Assembly (NCBI RefSeq): GCF_039383305.1
Contig: NZ_CP135009.1
Location: forward strand, 270,001-302,000
DNA: 32,000 nt
Reading direction: 5' to 3'
From: Candidatus Saccharimonadota bacterium
GTDB lineage: Bacteria; Pseudomonadota; Gammaproteobacteria; Enterobacterales; Enterobacteriaceae
Shown here: positions 20,598 through 29,285 of the stretch, one piece after another
How the letters are laid out: the number at the start of each line of letters is the position of its first letter
Numbering within the stretch: position 1 is the stretch's first letter
The notes under the pieces: generated by a model
What the model was told of the DNA's origin: nothing
Database searches by the model: none
What the model saw: only the letters and a program-made list of their open reading frames with translations
Position numbers and translations under genes: made by a program

Positions 20598-20941
20598 AAA
20601 AAATTATACAAAATTTAGAAAAAAAAAAAATGAAAAAAAATGTTCCTATTTTTAAAACCGGAGACACTTTAGAAATTCAAATATGGGTTGTTGAAGGATC
20701 GAAAAAACGTTTACAATCTTTTGAAGGTATTGTTATAGCGAAAAGAAATCGATTATTACAATCTTCTTTTACAATACGTAAAATTTCACATGGAGAAGGT
20801 GTAGAAAGAGTCTTTAAAACTCATTCCCCAATCATTCATAATATCAAAATTTTACGTTTAGGAAACGTAAAAAGAGCTAAACTATATTATTTACGTAATC
20901 GAACAGGAAAATCAGCGCGTATCAAAGAATATTTAAAATAA
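20594..20941 (+). CDS. rplS: 50S ribosomal protein L19
   Basis: The 115-aa ORF has [37 protein letters not shown]...[18 protein letters not shown]...[18 protein letters not shown], which matches E. coli L19. Confidence 0.98.
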   Translation: MKKIIQNLEKKKMKKNVPIFKTGDTLEIQIWVVEGSKKRLQSFEGIVIAKRNRLLQSSFTIRKISHGEGVERVFKTHSPIIHNIKILRLGNVKRAKLYYLRNRTGKSARIKEYLK

Positions 20942-20960
20942 AGTATATTTTAATAAATAC

Positions 20961-21001
20961 AAAAATAAAATTATGCAGTCATAATATATTTTTTGACTGC
21001 A
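20961..21001 (-). terminator. hairpin terminator between the convergent rplS and tldD genes
   Basis: A perfect 8-bp stem pairs TGCAGTCA (20974-20981) with TGACTGCA (20994-21001), with a 12-nt loop. On the minus strand it lies 17 nt after the tldD stop and is followed by TAATTTTATTTTTG. On the + strand it is followed by CA7T4, so activity toward rplS is less clear. Confidence 0.6.
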
Positions 21002-21018
21002 CAAAAAAATTTTAAAAA

Positions 21019-22467
21019 TTATACACCTCCAATAATTAACTTATCAATTTTAATTGTAGGTTGCCCTACACCAACCGGTACACTCTGTCCTTCTTTACTG
21101 CAAGTACCCACTCCATTATCTAATTCTAAATCATTACCTATCATAGAAATTAGATTCATTGTATGAGAACCAGATCCACTAAACATAGCCCCTTTAAGAG
21201 CATAACCCACTTTTCCTTTTTGAATAATATAAGCTTCTGAAGCTTCAAAAACAAAATTTCCTGAAGTAATATCTACTTGTCCTCCAGAAAAATTCACAGC
21301 ATAAATTCCATAATCTATACTTTCAATCATTTCTTTTATATTTGAATCACCAGCCGATAAAAAAGTATTAGTCATTCGAGGAAGAGGTAAAAAAGCATAT
21401 GATTCTCGTCTTCCATTACCTGTACTAATTTTATTCATTAAAAAAGCATTATATTTATCATATAAGAAATTTAACAAAATTCCATTTTGAATTAAAACTG
21501 TTCTTTGACTACATGTTCCTTCATCATCAATATTAAAAGATCCTCGCTTATTTTTTAAAGTTCCATCATCAATTACAGTGCATAAGGAAGAAGCTATTTT
21601 TTCTCCTTTTTTTTTTGTAAAAATAGAAGTTTTCTTACGTATGAAATCACTTTCTAAACCATGACCTACTGCTTCATGTAATAAAATTCCAGGCCATCCA
21701 GATCCTAAAACTACCGGAAAAGTACCTGAAGGAGATATTTTAGCATGTAAAGCTAATAAAGCTATTCTTACAGCTTCTCGAGCCCAAAATTCACTACGAA
21801 TCTCTCCGTTTAGATTTTTTTCAAAAAAATAATTAATATCAGAACGTTTACCACCACCACAATTACCTTTTTCTCGTTTTCCGTTTTCTTCAACTATAAC
21901 TGTAATTGATAAATTAACCAAAATACGAATATCACCTAATAATTTAAAAACATCTGTAGATGCTATTAAAATATTTTCATACTCTGAAGTTAATATAATT
22001 GTTACATCTACAACTCTTGCATCTATTTTACGAATTTTTTTGTCTAAACAATATAAAAATTCTATTTTTTTTTTAATATCTAAATTTTTTAAAGGATTTT
22101 CAAAATTAGAACAAGGAAAAAAATTTTTTTTATTTTTTATATATAAAAAATTTTTATAAAATTTTTGAGGAATTATTAAACAAGAAATTTCTAAAATTTT
22201 AAATAAATTTTTTAAATTAATTTCAGTAGAATACGAAAAACCTGTCATATTTTGATGTATAACTCGAATCCCAAAACCAGAATCTTTAAAAAAATAACCT
22301 TGTTTAATAATTTTTTTATCTAATATAAAAACTTCTATTTCTTTATTTTGAAAAAAAATATCACCAAAATCAAATTTTTTAAATAAAATAATCTCTAAAA
22401 TATTAAAAATTTCTTCTATCTTAATTTTATTTTTAATTAATAAAGTATTACATATAAGTTCTAACAT
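21019..22467 (-). CDS. tldD: metalloprotease TldD
   Basis: The 482-aa ORF compares with 481 aa in E. coli. The HEAVGHGLE metal-binding motif is present. The conserved C-terminal region reads GNGRRESYAFLPLPRMTNT...GGQVDITSGNFVF...GQPTIKIDKLIIGG. Confidence 0.93.
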   Translation of the reverse strand: MLELICNTLLIKNKIKIEEIFNILEIILFKKFDFGDIFFQNKEIEVFILDKKIIKQGYFFKDSGFGIRVIHQNMTGFSYSTEINLKNLFKILEISCLIIPQKFYKNFLYIKNKKNFFPCSNFENPLKNLDIKKKIEFLYCLDKKIRKIDARVVDVTIILTSEYENILIASTDVFKLLGDIRILVNLSITVIVEENGKREKGNCGGGKRSDINYFFEKNLNGEIRSEFWAREAVRIALLALHAKISPSGTFPVVLGSGWPGILLHEAVGHGLESDFIRKKTSIFTKKKGEKIASSLCTVIDDGTLKNKRGSFNIDDEGTCSQRTVLIQNGILLNFLYDKYNAFLMNKISTGNGRRESYAFLPLPRMTNTFLSAGDSNIKEMIESIDYGIYAVNFSGGQVDITSGNFVFEASEAYIIQKGKVGYALKGAMFSGSGSHTMNLISMIGNDLELDNGVGTCSKEGQSVPVGVGQPTIKIDKLIIGGV

Positions 22468-22633
22468 AACTCACCATATCTTCTAAAAAATTTTTATAAA
22501 ATTAAATTTTTATTATATTAAAATTATAAAAAAAATTTTTTTTATATAGATTAACTAAATTATTTCTATTATACTTTAAAATATAAAAAATATTTTATAA
22601 AAAATTTTCTAATTAAAAAAAGTGAAAATAATT

Positions 22634-23092
22634 ATGGAAACAAAAATTAAAAAATTAAAAATTTTATTACTTAATGGACCTAATTTAAATTTATTAGGAA
22701 CTCGTGAAATTAAAATTTATGGAACAACAAAATTTGATAAATTAATTTATAATCTAAAAAAAAAAGCTAAAAAATTTAATACAATCTTATTAGATTATCA
22801 ATCTAATGCAGAACATAAATTAATTAAAAAAATTCATCAAAGTAAAATACTTAAAATAAAATATATTTTATTTAATCCTGGTGCATTTGCGCATACAAGT
22901 ATTGCATTACGTGATGCACTTTTAGCAATTAATATTCCATTTCTTGAAATACATATTACTAATATTTTTGCACGTGAAGAATTTAGAGCTCATTCTTGGA
23001 TTTCAGATATTTCTAGTGGTGTTATTACAGGATTAGGTACTGATGGATATTTTTGGGCTTTAAAAACAGCCATTAAAAGACTACAAAAATAA
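22634..23092 (+). CDS. aroQ: type II 3-dehydroquinate dehydratase
   Basis: ILLLNGPNLNLLGTREIKIYG...YQSNAEHKLIKKIHQ...ILFNPGAFAHTSIALRDALLAINIPFLEIHITNIFAREEFRAHSWISD matches E. coli AroQ. The ORF track starts at GTG 22622. The ATG at 22634 gives a length close to E. coli (about 150 aa). Confidence 0.94.
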   Translation: METKIKKLKILLLNGPNLNLLGTREIKIYGTTKFDKLIYNLKKKAKKFNTILLDYQSNAEHKLIKKIHQSKILKIKYILFNPGAFAHTSIALRDALLAINIPFLEIHITNIFAREEFRAHSWISDISSGVITGLGTDGYFWALKTAIKRLQK

Positions 23093-23119
23093 TTTTTTGT
23101 ATAATTTTTTATAAAAAAT

Positions 23120-24084
23120 TTAAAAATAACCATTATTATATAAAGAATTTATTATAGTTATAAAATCTTTAGGAGGTTTTTTTTCAAATTGTAAAATTTC
23201 TTTTGTAATAGGATGACGAAATTTTAAAAAACTAGCATGTAAAATTTGTCTAGAACATTTTTTTAAAATTTTTTGTAAAGAAATAGAATTACAAGATTTA
23301 ATTTTTTGAATATTTATTTTTTTATTAAAATTATATAATGGATCACCTAAAATTGGATGTTGAATAGATTCTAAATGCACACGAATTTGATGAGTTCTTC
23401 CAGTTTCTAATTTAATTCGCAAATGTGTAAATTCTTTAAAAATACAAATTACAAAATAATGTGTAATAGCAATTTTTCCACCTGAATGTATCATCATTTT
23501 AGTATGATAACGGATATGTCTTTTTATAGGTTTATTAATACTATTATTAAAAAAAATTTGTCCAAAAACAATTGCATCATATTCACGAATAATTTCTCTA
23601 TTTTTTAATAAATTTATAAAATAATTATATGCAATTAAATTTTTAGCAACAATTAATAATCCTGTAGTATTTTTATCTAAACGATGTATGATTCCAGCTC
23701 TCGGAAGAGAATAATTTTGAGGATAATAATATAAAATCGCATTCAAAAGCGTTCCATACAAATTTTTAATTCCAGGATGCACTACAAAATTAGAAAATTT
23801 ATTTACTATGAAAAAAGAAATATCTTCATATATAATATCTATAAAAATTTTTTCTTTTTTCCAAAAAAAAATTTTTTCTTTAATTCTTTTTAAACTAATA
23901 ATATCTGTTTTTAAAATTTTTTTTTTGCAGAAAAAACAATTTTTCCATTCACCCTAACTAATTTTTTTTTTATTAATTTTGATAAAAATGTACGAGAATT
24001 CTGAGGAAATAAAAGTACTAAAAAACAATCCAATCTACGTTTTAAAACAAATAAATAATTTCCAGAAAAATGTAAATACGTCAT
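23120..24084 (-). pseudogene. rluD: 23S rRNA pseudouridine synthase RluD, interrupted by one frameshift in an A10 tract (pseudogene or slippage-dependent gene)
   Basis: The C-terminal 220-aa ORF (23120-23782, and open upstream to 23953) carries VVHPG, PRAGIIHRLDKNTTGLLIVAK and ETGRTHQIRVH. The N-terminal S4-like part (ATG 24084 ... LKRRLDCFLVLLFPQNSRTFLSKLIKKKLVRVNGKIVFSAKKKF, stop 23913-23911) is in a different frame. The frames switch inside the T10 run at 23917-23926 (+ strand). Confidence 0.85.
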
Positions 24085-24339
24085 AAATTTTATATCCTAT
24101 ATATTATATAATTTTTTTTAAAAAAAATATTAATTTGTAAAATTAAAATTTTACTATAAATAACTATAAAATTTTCTAAAAAAATATTCTTCTTAAAAAG
24201 AAAATATATAAAAAAATTATTATTTTTTAAGATATTATTTTTTAAAAAAAATATAAAAATGTATAATTAAAAGAAAAATATAATTTTAACAAAAATTTTA
24301 TATAATCTCAATCTATTATATATAATTATCTTTTTAGGA

Positions 24340-27003
24340 ATGTTTATGAAATCCTCTATCTCACAAATTCGAAAAAAATTTTTAAAATTTTTTAAAAAAA
24401 AAAAACATAAAATTTTACCAGGAAGTTCCATTATACCAGAAAATGATAAAACTTTACTATTTACAAATGCTGGTATGAATCAATTCAAAAATTTTTATTT
24501 AGGTTCTCAAATTCCAACTTATAAAAGAATAACTACTACACAATATTGTATTCGTACTGGAGGGAAAAATGATGATTTAAATAAAATTGGCTATAGTAAT
24601 TTTCATCATACATTGTTTGAAATGTTAGGAAATTTTAGTTTTGGGAATTATTCTAAAAAAAAAGCTATTATTTATGCCTGGACTCTATTAACAAAAAAAA
24701 AATGGTTTAATTTATCTAAAAAAAAAATAGTAATCACATATTATAAACATGACAAAAAAACTTTAGACATTTGGTTAAATGTTATTAAAATTAATAAAAA
24801 ACAAATTATCTCTATTGACGATCAAGAACATAAAAAATATTTTTCAGATAATTTTTGGAGCATGGGAGAAACAGGACCTTGTGGACCTTGTACTGAAATT
24901 TTTTATCAATTAAAATCATATAACTCTAAAAATATATATCCTACTGTTAAAAATTTAAAAAAATATTATGTCGAAATTTGGAATTTAGTTTTTTTACAAT
25001 TTAATCGTTCTCTCGAAGGTAAATTATTTAAATTACCTTATTCAGCTATTGATACAGGTATGGGCATTGAAAGAATAGCAGCTATTTTACAAAAAGTAAA
25101 TTCTAGTTATAAAATAAAAGAATATATAATATTAATAAAATCAATTGCAAATAAATTAAAAATTTCTCTAAATAATAAAAAACTTTTAAAAATTCTTTCT
25201 GATCATATTCGAACTACTGTTTTTCTATTAAATGAAAAATTATATCCTAGCAATGAAGGACAAGGATATGTACTCCGAAGAATAATTCGAAGAGCCTTAA
25301 GTCATGGATATTGTAAAAAATTAAAAACCCCTTTTTTTTATAAACTAATCAAATATGGTATAAAAAATTTAAATTTAAAAAATTCTTATTTAAACATTCA
25401 TGAAAATTATTTAAAAACAAAAAAAATTTTAAAAAAAGAAGAAAAAAAATTTTTTTTAATTTTAAATAAAAGTATGAAAATTCTATTAAAAGAAATAAAA
25501 ATTTCTAAAAATTCTCAAATATGTGGAAAAAAAATATTTTATTTAAATGATACATTAGGATTACCTATTGAAATTTCTAAAGATATTTGCCAAAAGAATA
25601 ATATTACTATAAATTTTCAAGAATTTACAAAAGAACAACAAACACAAAAAATAAAACAAAAAAAAAAACTAAAGAATTATAAAAATATTTTAATCCAAGA
25701 AAATTTTATTAATATTAAACATTCTACAATTTTTTCTGGATATACAAAAAGCGAAACAACATCTAAAATTTTACAAATTATTTCAAATAATATATCTATT
25801 AAAAAAATTAAAAAAGGAATGGAAGGTATTTTAATACTAGATGAAACACCATTTTTTAGTGAATCAGGAGGTCAAATTGGAGATTCAGGAATTATTAAAA
25901 ATAATAATTCAATCTTTCTTGTAAAAACAACAAAAAAATATCTAAATTTTATAGGACATATAGGAATTGTAAGTGTTGGAAATTTCCAAATTCAAAATAC
26001 TATATTAGCAAAAATTGATACTAAAAAAAGATTTTCTATTCAATCAAATCATACAGCCACACATTTATTACAAGCAACATTACAAATTTTATTAAATAAA
26101 AATATTATTCAAAAAGGTTCATATATTAATGAAAAATATTTTAGATTTGATTTTAAATATACAAAAAAAATTAAACAAAAAAAAATAAATGAAATTGAAC
26201 TTTTAATTAATCAAAAAATACAAAAAAATATTAATATTACTAGTACGATTACTGATTTTAAAAAAATAAAAAAAAAAAAAATAATAGCTTTATTTAAAAA
26301 TAAATATAAAAAAAAAGTAAGAATAATAAATATTAAAAATTTTTCAAAAGAATTATGTGGAGGAACACATCAAAAAAATACAGGAAACATAGGATTATTT
26401 AAAATTTTATTAATTAAAAAAATAGGCTTTGAAATACAACGCATAGAAGCCTGTACAGGAATACAAGCAATTTTAGAAATACAAAAAAAAAATATACAAG
26501 AAATTAAAATATCAAAATTATTAAACACTACACCTCAAAATTTATTACAAAATGTAAAAAATTTAATAAAAAAAAATATTATTTTAATTAAAAAAAATAA
26601 TTATTTAAACTTACAATATTTAAATAATTTATCTAAAAAAATTATAAAACATCAAAAAATTATAAAAAATATTTCTATAATTATTTATACCTTACAAAAT
26701 AAAAATTATAATACTTTAAAAGAATTAATACAAAAAATACAACAAAAAAAAAAAAATAATATTATTATATTATTTTATCCTCAAAAAAATAATACTAATT
26801 TTATTATATATTTTAAAAAAAATACTTTAAAAAATTTTAGTGCAAAAAAAATTATGAAAAAATTATTTACCTTGAAATCCGGAAAAGGAGGCGGTAATTC
26901 TGAATTTATGACAGGTATCTTAAATACACAAAAAAATATTTATATTATTCAAAATTTACTAAAAAATTGGATATATAAAAAATTATTTAAACAGTATGAA
27001 TAA
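24340..27003 (+). CDS. alaS: alanine--tRNA ligase
   Basis: The 887-aa ORF contains IRKKFLKFFKKKKHKIL..SSIIPENDKTLLFTNAGMNQFKN, FHHTLFEMLGNFSFG, GPCGPCTEIFY, DTGMGIERIAAILQ, the editing-domain HTATHLL and CGGTH. It is collinear with E. coli AlaRS. An alternative ATG lies at 24346. Confidence 0.97.
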   Translation: MFMKSSISQIRKKFLKFFKKKKHKILPGSSIIPENDKTLLFTNAGMNQFKNFYLGSQIPTYKRITTTQYCIRTGGKNDDLNKIGYSNFHHTLFEMLGNFSFGNYSKKKAIIYAWTLLTKKKWFNLSKKKIVITYYKHDKKTLDIWLNVIKINKKQIISIDDQEHKKYFSDNFWSMGETGPCGPCTEIFYQLKSYNSKNIYPTVKNLKKYYVEIWNLVFLQFNRSLEGKLFKLPYSAIDTGMGIERIAAILQKVNSSYKIKEYIILIKSIANKLKISLNNKKLLKILSDHIRTTVFLLNEKLYPSNEGQGYVLRRIIRRALSHGYCKKLKTPFFYKLIKYGIKNLNLKNSYLNIHENYLKTKKILKKEEKKFFLILNKSMKILLKEIKISKNSQICGKKIFYLNDTLGLPIEISKDICQKNNITINFQEFTKEQQTQKIKQKKKLKNYKNILIQENFINIKHSTIFSGYTKSETTSKILQIISNNISIKKIKKGMEGILILDETPFFSESGGQIGDSGIIKNNNSIFLVKTTKKYLNFIGHIGIVSVGNFQIQNTILAKIDTKKRFSIQSNHTATHLLQATLQILLNKNIIQKGSYINEKYFRFDFKYTKKIKQKKINEIELLINQKIQKNINITSTITDFKKIKKKKIIALFKNKYKKKVRIINIKNFSKELCGGTHQKNTGNIGLFKILLIKKIGFEIQRIEACTGIQAILEIQKKNIQEIKISKLLNTTPQNLLQNVKNLIKKNIILIKKNNYLNLQYLNNLSKKIIKHQKIIKNISIIIYTLQNKNYNTLKELIQKIQQKKKNNIIILFYPQKNNTNFIIYFKKNTLKNFSAKKIMKKLFTLKSGKGGGNSEFMTGILNTQKNIYIIQNLLKNWIYKKLFKQYE

Positions 27004-27066
27004 AAAAATTCTTAAAAATATTAAATAATTTAAAAAAATATTAAAATTTTTTTTAAGGAGTAATAA

Positions 27067-27249
27067 ATGCTTATTTTGACTCGACGTATTGGAGAAACAG
27101 TAATAATTGGTGATGAAATTACAATGACAATATTAGGTATTAAAGGAAATCAAGTAAGAATAGGAGTTAATGCTCCAAAAAACATTTCAGTACATCGTGA
27201 AGAAATTTATTTAAGAATTCAAAAAGAAAAAAAAATTTCTATTTATTAA
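27067..27249 (+). CDS. csrA: carbon storage regulator CsrA
   Basis: [48 protein letters not shown] is nearly identical to E. coli CsrA. An AAGGAG Shine-Dalgarno lies upstream. The alaS-csrA-serV-argV order is the same as in E. coli. Confidence 0.98.
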   Translation: MLILTRRIGETVIIGDEITMTILGIKGNQVRIGVNAPKNISVHREEIYLRIQKEKKISIY

Positions 27250-27289
27250 ATTTTTTATATTTTTATTTTTTTTTAAAAATAAAAAATAT

Positions 27290-27318
27290 TTGACTTGTAT
27301 TTAAAAAAAAAGTAAAAT
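27290..27318 (+). promoter_or_regulatory. candidate sigma70 promoter for the tRNA-Ser/tRNA-Arg pair
   Basis: TTGACT (27290-27295) is separated by 17 nt from TAAAAT (27313-27318), about 35 nt upstream of tRNA-Ser. TTGAC-type -35 hexamers are rare in this A/T-only spacer DNA, whereas -10-like hexamers are everywhere. This is a sequence-only prediction. Confidence 0.45.
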
Positions 27319-27353
27319 AATATATTAAAAATTATTTTATAAAAAAATTTTTA

Positions 27354-27440
27354 GGTGAGATGGCTGAGTGGTTAAAGGCGTTCCCCTGCTAAGGGAATAT
27401 ACAAGAAATTGTATCGAGGGTTCAAATCCCTCTCTCACCG
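27354..27440 (+). tRNA. serV: tRNA-Ser (anticodon GCU), class II
   Basis: GGTGAGA...TCTCACC forms the acceptor stem with discriminator G. The anticodon loop is CTGCTAA. The variable arm forms TACAA-GAAA-TTGTA. The T arm is GAGGG-TTCAAAT-CCCTC. The sequence closely resembles E. coli serV. Confidence 0.95.
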
Positions 27441-27463
27441 ATAAAATAAATATAAAAATTTAT

Positions 27464-27537
27464 GCATCCGTAGCTTAGCTGGATAGAGCACTCGGCTACG
27501 AACCGGGAGGTCGGAGGTTCAAATCCTTCCGGATGCA
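27464..27537 (+). tRNA. argV: tRNA-Arg (anticodon ACG)
   Basis: GCATCCGTAGCTTAGCTGGATAGAGCACTCGGCTACGAACCGGGAGGTCGGAGGTTCAAATCCTTCCGGATGCA is near-identical to E. coli argV. The anticodon loop is CTACGAA. No CCA is encoded. Confidence 0.96.
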
Positions 27538-27632
27538 TTTTTATATTTTTTTTTAAAAAAAAAATAAATATATTTTTTTTAAAAAAAAATATATTTTTAA
27601 TAAATTTAAAAAATTAATCAATAAAAAATTTA

Positions 27633-27941
27633 TTAATCCAATTTTAAAGTATTATCAATAGAATTATTTAAAGTTATAATTTTTTCATTTAAATTTTGTA
27701 AATATTTTTCTATTTTTTTTTTTTCTAATATTAATTCATGACAAATATTTAATGCTGTTATAAATACTAATTGCTCTGTATTTGAAACATGAGTTTTATT
27801 TTTTAAATCATTTAATCGTTTGTTTAAATCATTTGCTGCTTCTTTTAATTCTTTTCCATTATTATTTGGGCAATTTACTTTTAAAAAACGACCAAAAATT
27901 TCTATATCAATAGTTTTAATAGACACAATATTTTCCTTCAT
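27633..27941 (-). CDS. zapA: cell division protein ZapA (YgfE)
   Basis: [60 protein letters not shown] aligns with E. coli ZapA [60 protein letters not shown]. The ATG at 27941 gives 102 aa. The ORF track's earlier ATG at 27965 adds 8 non-homologous residues. Confidence 0.88.
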   Translation of the reverse strand: [102 protein letters not shown]

Positions 27942-28019
27942 GATAAAAAAATTAAAAAATATCATTTTTTAAAAATTTTTTAATCCAAATTTAAAACAAA
28001 ATTTTTTATCAAAAAAAAA

Positions 28020-28673
28020 TTAATATAAAACTTTAAAAAATTTAGTACCTGAAATTAATAAAACATCTGCTTTTCGAATACTAAATAATCCTACTGTTAC
28101 AATTCCAGAAATATTATTAAGAAATTTTTCTAATTGACTAGGATAATTTAAATTTAAATTATATACATCAATAATATAATTTCCATTATCAGTAATAAAA
28201 TTTTTGCGAAATTTAGGGGTACCACCTATTTTTATCAATTCATAAGAAACATATTTCAACGCAATAGGAATTACTTCAATTGGAACAGGAAAATTTCCTA
28301 ATTTTTTCACATACTTAGTTTCATCTACAATACATAAAAATTTTTTAGAAAAAGAAGAAATAATTTTTTCACGAGTTAAAGCGCCACCACCACCTTTAAT
28401 CATTTCTAAATTTTCATTAATTTCATCTGCACTATCAATATAAATTTCTAATTTATTAATTTCATTTAAATCAAATATTTTAATATTCATACGTTTTAAA
28501 AAATTTGAAGACTCTACTGAACTTGAAACAGCACCTCTAATAGAAAATCCAAGATTCCTTAAAGAATGTATAAAATATTTTATTGTGGAACCTGAACCGA
28601 CGCCAATAATAACATCTTCAGAAATATATTTTAATGCATATTCAGCAACTTTTTTTTTTAAAATTTCTGACAT
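28020..28673 (-). CDS. rpiA: ribose-5-phosphate isomerase A
   Basis: From the internal ATG (rc of 28671-28673) the ORF reads MSEILKKKVAEYALKYISEDVIIGVGSGSTIKYF...IDSADEI...IKGGGGALTREKI...VDETK...PIEVIP. This is the typical RpiA sequence, at 217 aa versus 219 in E. coli. The longer ORF-track version reads through tRNA-Gln and is rejected. Confidence 0.94.
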   Translation of the reverse strand: MSEILKKKVAEYALKYISEDVIIGVGSGSTIKYFIHSLRNLGFSIRGAVSSSVESSNFLKRMNIKIFDLNEINKLEIYIDSADEINENLEMIKGGGGALTREKIISSFSKKFLCIVDETKYVKKLGNFPVPIEVIPIALKYVSYELIKIGGTPKFRKNFITDNGNYIIDVYNLNLNYPSQLEKFLNNISGIVTVGLFSIRKADVLLISGTKFFKVLY

Positions 28674-28747
28674 TAAAATACTCCCATAACTTTTAAAAAA
28701 TATCAAAATATATATTTTTTTTAAAAAAAAAAATAAAAATTTTGTTA

Positions 28748-28819
28748 CTGGGGTACCTGGATTCGAACCAGGGATGTCGGTATCAAAAACCGATGCCTTA
28801 ACCTCTTGGCTATACCCCA
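28748..28819 (-). tRNA. glnU: tRNA-Gln (anticodon UUG)
   Basis: The minus strand reads TGGGGTATAGCCAAGAGGTTAAGGCATCGGTTTTTGATACCGACATCCCTGGTTCGAATCCAGGTACCCCAG. It has a U1-A72 acceptor pair, discriminator G and the UUG anticodon. The sequence is very close to E. coli tRNA-Gln1. Confidence 0.95.
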
Positions 28820-28849
28820 AATAATTTTATAAAAAAATTTTAAAATATA

Positions 28850-28930
28850 TACGGAAGGCGAGATTTGAACTCGCATACATTTCAGTGCTAGATCCTAAAT
28901 CTAGTGCGTCTACCATTTCGCCACTTCCGC
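28850..28930 (-). tRNA. leuW: tRNA-Leu (anticodon UAG), class II
   Basis: The minus strand reads GCGGAAGTGGCGAAATGGTAGACGCACTAGATTTAGGATCTAGCACTGAAATGTATGCGAGTTCAAATCTCGCCTTCCGTA. The anticodon stem is CTAGA/TCTAG and the loop is TTTAGGA. It resembles E. coli leuW. The order Met-Leu-Gln matches the start of the E. coli metT-leuW-glnU operon. Confidence 0.93.
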
Positions 28931-28958
28931 ATAAATATTCAAATATTTTAAAAAATAA

Positions 28959-29032
28959 TAGCTACGACGAGATTTGAACTCATGACCTCAGCGTTATGAG
29001 TGCTGCGCTCTAACCACCTGAGCTACGTAGCC
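28959..29032 (-). tRNA. metT: elongator tRNA-Met (anticodon CAU)
   Basis: The minus strand reads GGCTACGTAGCTCAGGTGGTTAGAGCGCAGCACTCATAACGCTGAGGTCATGAGTTCAAATCTCGTCGTAGCTA. The acceptor and D arm are identical to E. coli metT. The loop is CTCATAA. It lacks both the three consecutive G-C pairs in the anticodon stem and the C1xA72 mismatch typical of an initiator, and it is unlike ileX. Confidence 0.88.
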
Positions 29033-29285
29033 TAAAATATTATTAATTATTTACTAAAAAATATCAAATTATTATAAAAAATATTATATATATTTTTTAT
29101 TAATATAAAATTCTTAAAAAAAAATTTTATATAAGTATTAATTATACTGATTTTATATTTAAAAACAATATTTTTTTTTTAAAAAAAAGAATATAATATT
29201 TTAATTTTAAAATTTTAAAATTAATTTTAAATTTTCAAAAATTAAATACTTTTAAAATTAATATTTTACTCTAGAGAAATTTTAT

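Noticed and set aside
27538-27632. 6S RNA (ssrS), expected downstream of zapA as in E. coli.
   Set aside because: Only 95 bp separate the zapA stop from tRNA-Arg. They consist of A/T homopolymers with no G/C to build the 6S-like closed helices and central bubble, and a roughly 180-nt RNA cannot fit.
28674-28820. The 49-codon N-terminal extension of the rpiA ORF (MGYSQEVKASVFDTDIPGSNPGTP...).
   Set aside because: The extension is simply a translation through tRNA-Gln (28748-28819). RpiA homology starts at the internal ATG at 28673 (MSEILKKKVAEYAL...).
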